The position numbers and the translations under genes are program-made. The notes beneath the pieces are model-generated. The model searched no databases and was not told where the DNA came from. It worked only from the letters and a program-made list of their open reading frames with translations. Of a DNA stretch of 64,000 nt, positions 47,755 through 64,000 are shown piece by piece. How positions within the stretch are numbered: the stretch's first letter is position 1; the number at the start of each line of letters is the position of its first letter. The stretch is from assembly GCF_009914755.1 (NCBI RefSeq), contig NC_060936.1; one strand, 5' to 3'. The DNA is from the human T2T-CHM13v2.0 reference genome, Homo sapiens.

Positions 47755-48003
47755 TCAAAAAAAAACAAAACAAAAAAAAAAAACAAATCACAGATAGTTT
47801 TGGATGCTGCATGATACCACTGGGATCAATAAAAGGATTTGTCACCAATTTTTAAAAGAATATATCCCGATTCTGCTCACTTTTTTACCACCTCCATCAT
47901 TACTTCACCCTCAGTCCAACACATTAATTATCTTTCACCTGGTCTGTGGCAACAACTTCCTACTAATCCCATTCCTGCCCCCTTCTCACAAGGTGCATTC
48001 TTT

Positions 48004-48118
48004 TAAAAAATGTTTCTTTACAAAATTTTTCTTAATACTAAAATATACACAAAAAGAAACATGTAAAAAATGTTTCTTTACAAAATTTTTCTTAATACTA
48101 AAATATACACAAAAAGAA
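48004..48118. repeat. Perfect 55-bp direct duplication, period 60
   Basis: 48004-48058 identical to 48064-48118. Confidence 0.95.
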
Positions 48119-48309
48119 CTAGTAATATCCGCTTACTATCACTCTAGATACAAGTTATCAAGATTTTGACATATTTGCTTCATCTCTCCCAGTCATTATG
48201 TCATTTCACCCCCACATATTTCAGTGTATATCACTATAAAATATAGATATTCTTTAATAACTACAATGTAATCACACTTATTATTAGCAATAATTCTTGA
48301 CATCATCTA

Positions 48310-48558
<249 letters not shown>

Positions 48559-48592
48559 TCATGAGGTCAGGAGATTGAGACCATCCTGGCTA

Positions 48593-48898
<306 letters not shown>

Positions 48899-49667
48899 TT
48901 ATTCTTTACCCCAAACCTACAATGAACCTTTAAAACACGATCCCATCACTTTCCTGCTCAACAATTTCCAGGAGTCTCCCATCTCACTTAGAATAAAATC
49001 CCAATACCTTGCAAGGCCCTATAAGATATGGCCCTGGCTACGTCTCCAACTTCATCTCCCATTACTCACTCTCATCACTCCACTTGAGACACACAGACTT
49101 CTTGTTGTTCTTCCTCAACAAGCCAACCTCATGCCTATCTCAGGGGCATCTGCATATGCCATTTCCTGTCTGTAATGCTCTTCTGCCAGATCTTTACATG
49201 TCTCATTCCTTTATTTTATTCAGGTGTCAATGTAAATACCACCTCCTCAGAGAGGCTCCCCTGATCATTACCTAGAATAGTCCCACACCAAACACACACT
49301 AAATCATTTCTCTATTGCTTTACTTCATCTTCCTTTATAATATTTACCAATGCTTGAAACTGTGCTTCTGTCTCCTCCACAAGAATGTAAGCTCCATGAG
49401 GACAGAGATCTCACTGTCTTTTCTATACTGTATCACCAGCTCCTAGGATACTACCTGGCATGTAGAAGGCCCTTTGTAATGTAGGAGATGAATGAATATG
49501 TGAAGACATAGCTATCTAAACTTGAGGCTACTGCATGAAGTGCCCAGCACTTACATCAGTAAGGCTGGATGAGAAGCTTCCATTTGTATACAGTGGATTA
49601 GGATCACAAGCATGCCACAAAATAAAAATACCGGGAAAAAAATCTTTCGGCCAGGTGCGGTGGCTCA

Positions 49668-50021
<354 letters not shown>

Positions 50022-50162
50022 TCAGCAGTTTGGGAGGCCGAGGCGGGTGGATCACTTGAGGTCAGGAGTTCGAGACCAGCCTGACCAACATGGTGAAACC
50101 CCGTCTCTACTAAAAATACAAAAATTAGCTGGGTGTGGTGGTGGTGCCTGTAATCCCAGCTA

Positions 50163-50457
<295 letters not shown>

Positions 50458-51047
50458 TCAATCAATCAATCAATCTTGCTTTAAAGTAGAATTTTACTTC
50501 AATAATAGAGCAAGGTACAGAAGAATGTGTATAATAAATCACCATTTGTGTACAAAACAGAAAAGGAAAAACAACACAAACACATGCACTTGTTTGTATG
50601 TGCTCCGTCCGTGGAAGGATGTAGAAGAAAATGCTAACCTCACTTGCCTCTGAGGAGGGAAACTGGGCTAGGAAGCAGGGTAGGTGAGAGACTTCTGTAC
50701 CTTCTGAGTTGTATAACTATGTGAATATCATGTTAAAAATATTTTTAATTAAAACAACATAGCTATTACTAAGCTTGAAGAGAAAGTTATCAATACTTAG
50801 TTTTCTTTCTTTTTTTGTGGGCGGGGAGGCAAGGTCTCACTCTGTCACCCAGGCTGGAGTGCAGTGGCACAATCATAGCTCACTACAGCCTTGACCTTCT
50901 GGGCTCAAGCAATCCCCCTGCCTGAGCCCCCTAAGTAGCTGGGACTACAGTCATGCACCACCACACCTGGCTAATTTTTTTTTATTTTTTGGAGAGATGA
51001 GGTCTCACTTTATTGCTCAGACTGGTCTTCTTTTTTCTTTTCTTACA

Positions 51048-51108
51048 GGCCATGCTAATTTTTTCTGTATCATTCCAATTTTGATGTCTGTGCTGCTGAA
51101 GTGAGCAC
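51048..51108 (-). pseudogene. U6 snRNA retropseudogene fragment (5' ~60 nt)
   Basis: Minus strand reads gtgctcacttcagcagcac...aaaattggaatgatacaga...attagcatggcc, matching the U6 5' half. Confidence 0.9.
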
Positions 51109-52344
51109 TTATCAATACTCCTAAGTATTGGAGTGAAATCATAATTACCAGCAAATCTAATTCCTTCCAGTAATTATTATTGGCCACATCTATGTGACAA
51201 GTATCTACATTATTTAGAAAGCAAGATTAATCATAACTCAGTAGAGAATTTCAGGGCTAGAACTCTATGAATCATTTCATCTAAAGCATTATTTCATAAA
51301 GTTTTTTGCCTGGTTTGGCCCAGCAAATCATAGGAGGTCTATGGCTAAGCCCTATCATTTGTGAATTTAGAAACAGGTACTTTTTAAAATCTATTCAATA
51401 ACTTAAATTTTAAAAAATGAAATTAAAATATTTCCATGTCCCCACAGTCCATTCCATCATCCCCCTCCGATTTCTCTCCTGTTTTCACATCAAACCCCTG
51501 GAGAGAAAGATCTATTCTTTTCCATCTTATCCTCCCTACCTTACCCTCAACCAACTCCATCTGGCTGCCACTCCTATTATTCCTCAAAACAGCTCTTGTT
51601 AGCGCTGCAACGGCCTCCATATTATACATTCAAAAGGCCTCTTTCAGTCTGACCTTGACTTCTCCAGCAGAATTCAATGCTATTAAACAAGTTCTCCTTT
51701 TTATAAAAAAATTCCTTTTTTAAAAGTTAATTTTTCTAAAAAGCCCATTGTTAAACTTTAAAAACATATGAAAAGATCAATGGTGGAAAGTAAGTCTTGC
51801 CCCAACCAGTTGCCTTCCCCGGGGAAACCAATACTTCCAGTCTCTTGTGATGTTTAATTAATTAATTAATTCATTCATTTAGCAAATATTTAATAAGCTT
51901 CTACTGTGTGCCGGGTACTATTCTAGCACCGGAGGGCGCAGTGGCTCATATCTACAACCACAGCACTTTGGGAAGACAAGGCAGGCCGGACTACTTGAGT
52001 CCAGGAGTTCGAGGCTAGCCGAGGCAACATAGCGAAATCCCGTCTGAAAAAAAAAAAGAGAGAGAAACAAAAATCCCTTCCCTGCTGGAGCTGACATTCT
52101 AAGCAGGGGAGACGGTCAATAAATAAGCAAATAAATGAGCAGTAAGAAGAAAACTAAAGCAGGGCAAAGAGGATAGGGAGGAACAGGATTTTATTTTATA
52201 CAAAATATTTCATATAGAATGGTCTTTTGTTTTATATAAAATATTTCATATAGAAAAGTCTTTCTGGTAAGGTGATTTTTTTTTTTTTTAAGAGACAGGG
52301 TCTTACTCTGTCACCCAGGCTGGAATGCAGTGGTGCAATCCTAG

Positions 52345-52611
<267 letters not shown>

Positions 52612-52716
52612 TGATTGTACTTCTCTGCAGCCTTAAACTCCTGGGCTCAAGCAATCCTCCCACCTTAGCCCTCCAAATAGCTGGGACTACGGACATGCAC
52701 CATTAAATTAAAAAAA

Positions 52717-52751
<35 letters not shown>

Positions 52752-52804
52752 TAGTGATGTGGTCTCACTCTGTTGCCCAGGCTGGTCTCAAATCCTTGGC
52801 CTTA

Positions 52805-52897
<93 letters not shown>

Positions 52898-53032
52898 TTA
52901 AAAAGTGAGAGAAGCAGCCATGTGGTTATCTACAGTCCAATATTCCAGCACAAGGGACAGAGGGGGAACATACTTGGTGTGTGTGAGTAACATGGAGGAA
53001 GCATGGCTAAGTGGCATGAACAAGAAGGTATG

Positions 53033-54357
53033 GTAGGTGCAGAGGGTGTAGGTGCAGCAGGTGGTAGGTGCACAGGGTGTAGGTGCAGTGGATGTAGGTT
53101 CAGTGGATGTAGGTGCAGACAGTGGTAGGTGCAGACAGTGGTAGGTGCAGAGCGTGTAGATGCAGTGGATGTAGGTACAGAGGGTGTAGGTGCAGTGGAT
53201 GTAGGTGCAGTGGATGTGGGTGCAGAGGGTGTAGGTGCAGTGGATGTGGGTGCAGAGGGTATAGGCGCAGCAAGTGGTAAGTACAGAAGGTGTAGGTGGA
53301 GTGGATGTGGGTGCAGAGGATGTAGGTGCAGAGGGTGTAGGTGCAGTGGATGTAGATGCAGATGGTGTAGGTGCAGAGGATGTAGGCACACAAGGTGTAG
53401 GTGCAGTAGATATAGGTGCAGAGGGTGTAGGTGCAGTGGATGTAGGTGCATTGGACGTAGGTGCAAAGGGTGTAAGTACAGTGGATGTAGGTGCAGATGG
53501 TGTAGGTGCAGAGGAAGTAGGTGCATTGGATGTAGGTGCAAAGGGTGTGAGTACAGTGGATGTAGGTGCAGAGGGTGTAGGTGCAGCAAGTGGTAACTAC
53601 AGAGGGTGTAGGTGCAGTGGATCTAGGTGCAGATGGTGTAGGTGCAGAGGGTATAGATGCAGTGGATGTAGGTGCAGATGGTGTAGGTGCAGATGGTGTA
53701 GGTGCAGAGGGTGTAGGTGCAGTGGATGTAGGTGCAGAAGGTGGAGGTGCAGTGGATGTAGGTGCAGATGGTGTAGGTGCAGAAGGTGGAGGTGCAGTGG
53801 ATGTAGGTGCAGATGGTGTAGGTGCAGAGGGTGTAGGTGCAGTGGATCTAGGTGCAGATTGTGTAGGTGCAGAGGGTATAGGTGCAGTGGATGTAGGTGC
53901 AGATGGTGTAGGTGCAGAGGATGCAGGTGCAGAAGGTGTAGGTGCAGTGGATATAGGTGCAGATGGTGTAGGTGTAGATGGTGTAGGTGTATGGATGTAG
54001 GTGCAGAGGGTGTAGGTGCTGTGGATGTAGGTGCAGAGGGTGTAGGTACAGTGGATGTAGATGCAGAAGGTGTAGGTGCAGAGGGTGTAGGTGCAGTGAA
54101 TGTAGGTGCAGAGGGTGTAGATGCAGTGGATGTAGGTGCAGAGGATGTAAGTGCAGCAAGTGGTAAGTGCAGAAGGTGTAGGTGCAGTGAATGTAGGTGC
54201 AGAGGGTGTAGGTGCAGTGGATGTAGGTGCAGAGGGTGTAAATGCAGCAAGTGGTAAGTGCAGAAGGTGTAAGTTCAGTGGATGTAGGTGCAGAAGGTAT
54301 AGGTGCAACAGGTTGTAGGTGCAGTGGATGGCAGTACAGAGGGTGTAGGTGCAGTGG
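53033..54357. repeat. 15-bp minisatellite (GTAGGTGCAG + AGGGT/TGGAT/ATGGT), about 88 units
   Basis: Direct inspection; occasional 16-nt GCAGCAAGTG variants; L2-like flanks. Confidence 0.95.
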
Positions 54358-55389
54358 GGACCCAATCATTCAGCACCTCTATAGAAGTAATGGGATGGGA
54401 TACATTTTGAAGATAGAGCAGACAGTATTTGCTGACTAGATATGGAATTTGGCAGGGGTAGGGGGAGAAGGCAGAGTCCAGAGTGACACCAAAGGTCTCT
54501 GGCCAGCACTGGAAAGACACAGATGCCATTATCTGAAATGGTAAAGATTTTGGAAGGAGCAAATCTGAGCTAACCTCAGGAGTTTAGCTGGGGGCATATT
54601 TAGCTTGAGGTGACCATCAGATTTCCAACTGGAGAAGTCTAATATTCTGTGCACATACAAGCAAACAGCCACATCAATATGCACCTAGAGTTTTGGTAAC
54701 AGGTTTTGGCTGAGAAGAAAATTTGAGCATCATCAACATATACAGGTGTTTGAGGCCACAAAACAAGAGGAGATCAACTAAGAAGTTAAGACAGTTGACA
54801 GAAGCAGACACAGCAGAGAGAAGAGGTCCTACAGATAAGACTCAGCAGGAACAATCAGCAAGTAGAAGTATCATGGGGTGTCCACAGCCAAAGTGATCAA
54901 CCATGTCAAATAATAGTGGACCACTGAATTCAGCAATGTGGGAGCCACTGGTGAACTTCGGAAGAACTGTTTAGTGGCATGATGAGGATACATCAAGAGC
55001 AATGGGTTCAAGAGAAAATGGAAGGAGAGGAGGCAAAGACAATGAAAATAAATGCCGTCAAGAGTTTCACTATAATAGGGAGCCAAAAAAATAGAGTGCC
55101 TTGAGGTGGGCACGAATCAGGAGAGTTGGTTTTGTTTTTTCAAGATGGGATATACTCTAACGTATCTGTATGCTGTGGTGGACAATGAACTGAGAGAGGA
55201 AAAGTTGTTAACACAGAAGAAAGACAATTGCAGAAAAATTCTGTCCCCTAGCCCCTTTTATTACACAGCAGGTAGTGAATACACACAGTGTTCTGAGCTT
55301 AGCTTTCTGTACTAAACATGGAAATTAATCTACTTCATTCTAGGTAGATCTGCCTCGTACTTTTTTAATTTTTAAAAAATTATATTAAT

Positions 55390-58390
<3,001 letters not shown>

Positions 58391-58714
58391 TCCGCCTGTA
58401 TTATTTCTTGATCATGTCATCCTCTTTATTTTCTGTTCTCTTTTTGGAACTCCTATTAGCAAGATTTTAGATGGATGGCTCCACCACATCTTTTATCTTT
58501 TCTCTCATATTTACTGTTCTTTATCTACTTGTCCTTTCTGAAATATTTCTTAACTCTTTCGATAATCATAGTTTTAATTTTCTCTTTCCCTGATAATTCC
58601 TTTTTGAGGCATCCTGTCCTGTTTTATAATATGAATGCAATATCTTCACATATCTCACAGAGCAGTTGGTGCTTATGTGAAGTTTTACTCTATTTCTTCA
58701 GCTAGCTGTTTTTT

Positions 58715-59619
<905 letters not shown>

Positions 59620-60636
59620 TCATTTTTAATCTTCATATTAGAAGCTTTCCTCACTTTTCTAATGATCCTTGGTAGTCTGCTCTTTTTGTTTAATTTTAAA
59701 ACTTTTTATTAGGGAAAATTTTCAACACACACAAAAGAAAAAAGAATAGAACAATGAGCTTCCTATGTGCTGAACCCCTGGCTTCAATCATTAGCACTAT
59801 TTTTTTAACCCATTTGCCTCCCCTCCATACACATACCTCTCCAAAGTTTGGAATTTTGTTTGTTTGGGTTTTTATTTTGTCTGCTCTTTTTTTTTTTTTT
59901 TTTTTTTAACAGTTCAGCACTAATCAGGAATTCTGTGGACAGGGTTGAGTCTTGCTTGCTGGAAGACATCACTTGTGGGTGATTCACCAGGGAGGCAAGT
60001 CTTTTTCCTAGATGACCCCAACATCAGTATGAGAGGTCTTTTTTCCAGGGTCATTCAGTTTCTTCAGAAAATAACTAAGTCTTGGGCCTGGACAGCCAGC
60101 ATCTGAATGCAAATGTGTGAACAGGAAGGGGGCCTGCAGGCCCTTATGTAAACTCACGGTCTACCACCTTGTCTCACAATGGCTGTGTACCACATCTGAT
60201 GTCCCAGTTGCTAACATGCTCTAAGGCTGGTGGGGTGAGTCATCTCTCTTCCTCTGGGTATTCCCCTAAACGTATACTTGGCTTTCTCCACACGGAAGTA
60301 TGAGAAAGGATACTACACTCTCCATCTTATCTTCTAAAAGTAGGGGGATAAGAGATACTGCCTAGAGTTCATAAAGAAGAAATAAAGGTTTAACTGTAAA
60401 TTACAAAGATAACTAAAAGAAAAACTAAAACAAAGGAAATCAATATGCTAGGCGGAATCAGAAAAGAAAGAGGGAGGCCAGGTGTGGTGGCTCAGGCCTG
60501 TTATCCTAGCACTTTGGGAGGCTGAGGCATGCTGATCACTTGAGCTCAGGAGTTCGAAGCCAGCCCAAGCAACATGGTGAAACCCTGTCTCTACAAAAAA
60601 ACACAAAAATTAGCTGGGTGTGGTCATGCACGCCTA

Positions 60637-60837
<201 letters not shown>

Positions 60838-61388
60838 CTATCACAGCAAAAAAGAAAGAAAAATCAACTTTGTTTATATCTGGCGTTCATAAATCAAGAA
60901 ATAGCAATATAAGCGTTTTACTTAGGGATATGAAGGTCACCACCAGAAGAATGTGATTGCCTGAGGAGCATGCTGGGATTGGAGGAGTGGGGCAAGGGTC
61001 TCCTGTTTTTCATTATGAGCCTGTATCCAAAAAGAAAAAAGTGTGTGGATTTTTTTGATACAATTTTTTCTTTTAATTAAAAAAAAGCATATCAGAGAAT
61101 CAGGGAATTCTTCAATGTTCCCATTATTCTTAGGCTAAAGACCTAATTTTTTTTTTTTTTTTTTTTTTTTGAGACAGGGTCTGTCTCTGTCACTCAGGCT
61201 GGAGCACACTGGTACAATCAGGGCTCACTGTCACCCCAATCAACCTTCTGGTCGACCTTCCAGGCTGAAGTGATCCTACTGCTCAGCCTCCTTAGTTGCT
61301 GGGACTACAGGCACATGCCACAACACCCAGCTAATTTTTGTATTTTTTTGCAGAGACGGGGTCTCGCTATGTTGCCCAGGCTAGTCTC

Positions 61389-61450
61389 TGACAGAGCAGG
61401 AGCACCGTCATCTCAGACAAACACTGCCACTTTAAGTTCCAGCTCCCTTT
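61389..61450 (+). mobile_element. About 60-bp 5' terminus of an ERV1-class LTR (MER61-like) inside an Alu
   Basis: Starts at TG: TGACAGAGCAGGAGCACCGTCATCTC.GACAAACAC.GCCACTTTAAGTTCCAGCTCCCTTT; family from recall. Confidence 0.6.
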
Positions 61451-61972
61451 TTAAAACTCCTGGGCTCAAGAGATCCTCCCATCTCAGCCTTCCAAGCACT
61501 GGGATTACAGGCATGAGCCACTGTGCTCAGCCAAGACCTAAATGAAAATTCCTTAAACAGCTGGTAAGTCTCTTTAAAAACCAATTAAAAAAAAAAAAAA
61601 GCTTTTCTGACAATTATGAACACATGTTCAATCTGTAGCAGACCAATTCAAAGATTCACTCTGGCAGGGACATTTTGTAAGATAATGGTTAGAGGACACT
61701 GTGAGATTCAATAGAAAAATAACCTGCACAGTTAAAGGTTACGAGACTCCTGATGGATAGTCTGCTGCTGGGTTGGATGACTGGCTTCCCAGAACATGTT
61801 TTAATCCTGTTAAAATTTATTAGAAAATTGCTTCGGTGTTTTTGTTTTTGTTTTTTTACAGGAATGCTAATTTCTTCCCAGAAGGAGACTGTAAATTACC
61901 TCATGAAAAAAGGTTTTGTCACAGACCTGGCTTGGGGCAATTTGTTCTTTTATAAGTCTCTACAAATCCTAC

Positions 61973-62185
61973 CTAGACCGGCTCTGTCCAATAGAACATT
62001 CTTCATGATGGAAATGTTCTATATCTTTGCTGTTCAACGAAGAAGCCACTAGCCATATGGCTACTGAGCACTTGAACTGTGGCTAATCAAGCTATGCAAC
62101 TCCAGTTTTAATTTTATTAAATTTCAAGTGAAATTTAAATAGCAACGTATGGCTAGCAGCCACTGTGCAAGACGGTGTGGATCTA
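61973..62185. mobile_element. MER3-like hAT DNA transposon
   Basis: ctgtccaatagaac...atgatggaaatgttcta...agccactagccatatggcta.tgagcacttgaa. Confidence 0.7.
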
Positions 62186-62971
62186 AAGCGCCGTGGCTCC
62201 CAGCTGCTTCTTGCCCCAAGCCCTCCTCCTCTCTCTGCATTCCAGCCACTCTGGCCCACTTTTTCTCCCTAAAACATGCTGCCTCCTGCCACAGACACTT
62301 TGCACGTGTGGTATCCTCTTTCTGGAATGTTCTTCCCTCACCTACTCCCCAGCCTCTTCATCTGGTACATGACTACTTTTCCTTCACTAATTACGATTAT
62401 CTCGTGCGCTTATTTGCTCACTTGTTTATGGTTAATCTTTATGCCTCTCCACCATCATCAACCCACCCAACTCTGGAGCCTGAATACACATCACATTTGG
62501 GCAAGAACCCTGCCCACCCTGCCCATCTCTGTACTCCCACCACCTAGACAGAACACACTTGGCTCTCAGTGAGCATTTGGCTAATATCTAAAAGGTAAGT
62601 GACATGTCACAATGTTGTTATCTCTCTCAGAGACTCCCAATTTCTATCTGTAGACCCATTCTTGCTACTGTAATGTTGCCCCACATTTCCAACAGACTGT
62701 GAGCATTTCTACTTAAATACCCTTCTGTCTACACATTAAATAATGTTATCTCCAGTCATCAGATTAACATTCAGAAAGCTTGGCTCTACTTATTGTCATA
62801 CAACTCCAAACAAAGAAACCTTCAAAGACATCTAAGAGAAAAATCAATTTTAAGGAAACACTGAACACACTATACACGCTGCAAGGTTCTTAGGCCCTTT
62901 GCACACCAATATAAAAAGAAAGCAAACAGAAATGTTTCTGCAAAGATACAAGCGAGAAAGTTCAAACTTAC

Positions 62972-63142
62972 CACAAGTTCAAAAATGTCCATGAAGACAG
63001 AATGTCCCTTCGGTGTTTTCTCATTCAGGCTGGCAGGAGACCAGATCCAATAGAAGTAAGTGCCATCTGAAGACAGGTGCACAGTGCTCATGGTGCTGCC
63101 AATGGGGAGGTGATTGGCTGGCATTGGCACCACCTGGCACAC
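62972..63142 (-). CDS. HECTD4: HECTD4 coding exon, most 5' in window (VCQVVPMPANHLPIGSTMSTVHLSSDGTYFYWIWSPASLNEKTPKGHSVFMDIFELV)
   Basis: Acceptor atgcccag|GTG, donor GTG|gtaagt, 171 nt, phase 0/0; joins in frame to VENGVF of exon 40018-40210. Gene name from recall of the protein. Confidence 0.85.
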
Positions 63143-64000
63143 CTGGGCATGAAAGGGAGGAAATCTCCATTAGAGCCACATATAAATTCTGATTAATCCT
63201 ATCAGCTCATCATTAATGCCATTATGCCCAAGATGAGAATTCACTAGGCTTTCTGGTCAAAATAAAATGGATATTTATCTCTAATAATAACATACACAAA
63301 TTACATGGCAAAAATATAAAAGTTCATACAATGGGCAATAGAATAAATATGAACAGCCATGCAACAGATGAAAAGGTTCTTGGGATCAATTCAAATTACT
63401 TTTTAATAGGAAAAAGTATTTACTAAACACTTTGAATCTGTTATGCATATGTGTTGTATCTAACACTTATTAAAAACAAAGTTTTAGAGAAGCAACACTT
63501 TCTGAAATTTCTTTAGTAAATGAATTTATGATAATTTTATTTAAAGGACAAGAACTGTGTCTTATTCACCTCTATATCTCCAGTACCTAACGGAAAGCCT
63601 AACTCAAAGTTATTTAATGAATATGAAAAGAAGGAAAAAAGAGACAGCAAAAGAAAGCCAAGAGGAAAAGCTGAGAAGAGGGAGAAGGAGAAACAAAGTA
63701 AAAAATATAAAGGCCCATGACAGATCCTAACTTAGCATATGAGGGCTTACTGAAATTCACCAAGTCCATCAGGAGGAAAAGACAAACACCAATTCTGTAT
63801 ATTAAACATGAAGGCATGTGTTTCTAATACTAAACATCCTTCTGTTTCAGCATAATGAATAAGCTTTGCATCATTTCACATTAAATGTGTAGCTACATAC
63901 TAATTTTTACTGCCAAAGACAGGCACTTAAAATGACTGAACATTAGAACCACAAAAACCTGCTGGCTAGGTTTAAAAAAAAAATCCAGAAATAGAAGAGC

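Noticed and set aside
52194-52255. 26-bp AT-rich duplication, period 36
   Set aside because: Short low-complexity slippage event deep in an intron with no functional context.
53033-54357. CRISPR-like array
   Set aside because: Contiguous degenerate units with no unique spacers, in primate DNA with no cas genes.
52898-54439. Long ORFs (421, 327, 219 aa and others) resembling mucin or His-rich proteins
   Set aside because: They result from a 15-bp (5-codon) tandem repeat that is open in most frames on both strands; no splice sites link them to the gene.

Overview
Human (primate) genomic DNA from the middle of one large minus-strand gene that I recognise from memory as HECTD4 (C12orf51, a giant HECT E3 ligase); no database search was run. 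I reconstructed 26 coding exons by hand from GT-AG sites. Splice phases match at every junction and give one open frame of 3794 nt (about 1264 aa), from 63142 down to 261. The start and stop codons lie outside the window. The introns are dense in Alu, L1, L2, MIR and DNA-transposon remnants. They also hold several L1-mediated retrocopies of cellular RNAs: an RPL7A processed pseudogene, a tailless 3'-truncated 7SK copy and a U6-Alu composite sharing one TSD. The most unusual is a 764-bp TSD-flanked insert (34237-35000) whose first ~100 nt are a THE1/MST LTR segment ending at the LTR splice donor, which reads as a retrocopy of an LTR-initiated spliced non-coding RNA. Other leads: a candidate 18-nt microexon with a competing stop-introducing donor, a candidate 30-nt in-frame MIR-derived exon, a 1.3-kb 15-mer minisatellite, a templated micro-insertion, a very young AluY and several perfect hairpins. 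Nothing prokaryote-like (CRISPR, operon) is present. Repeat family names and boundaries are from recall and approximate.
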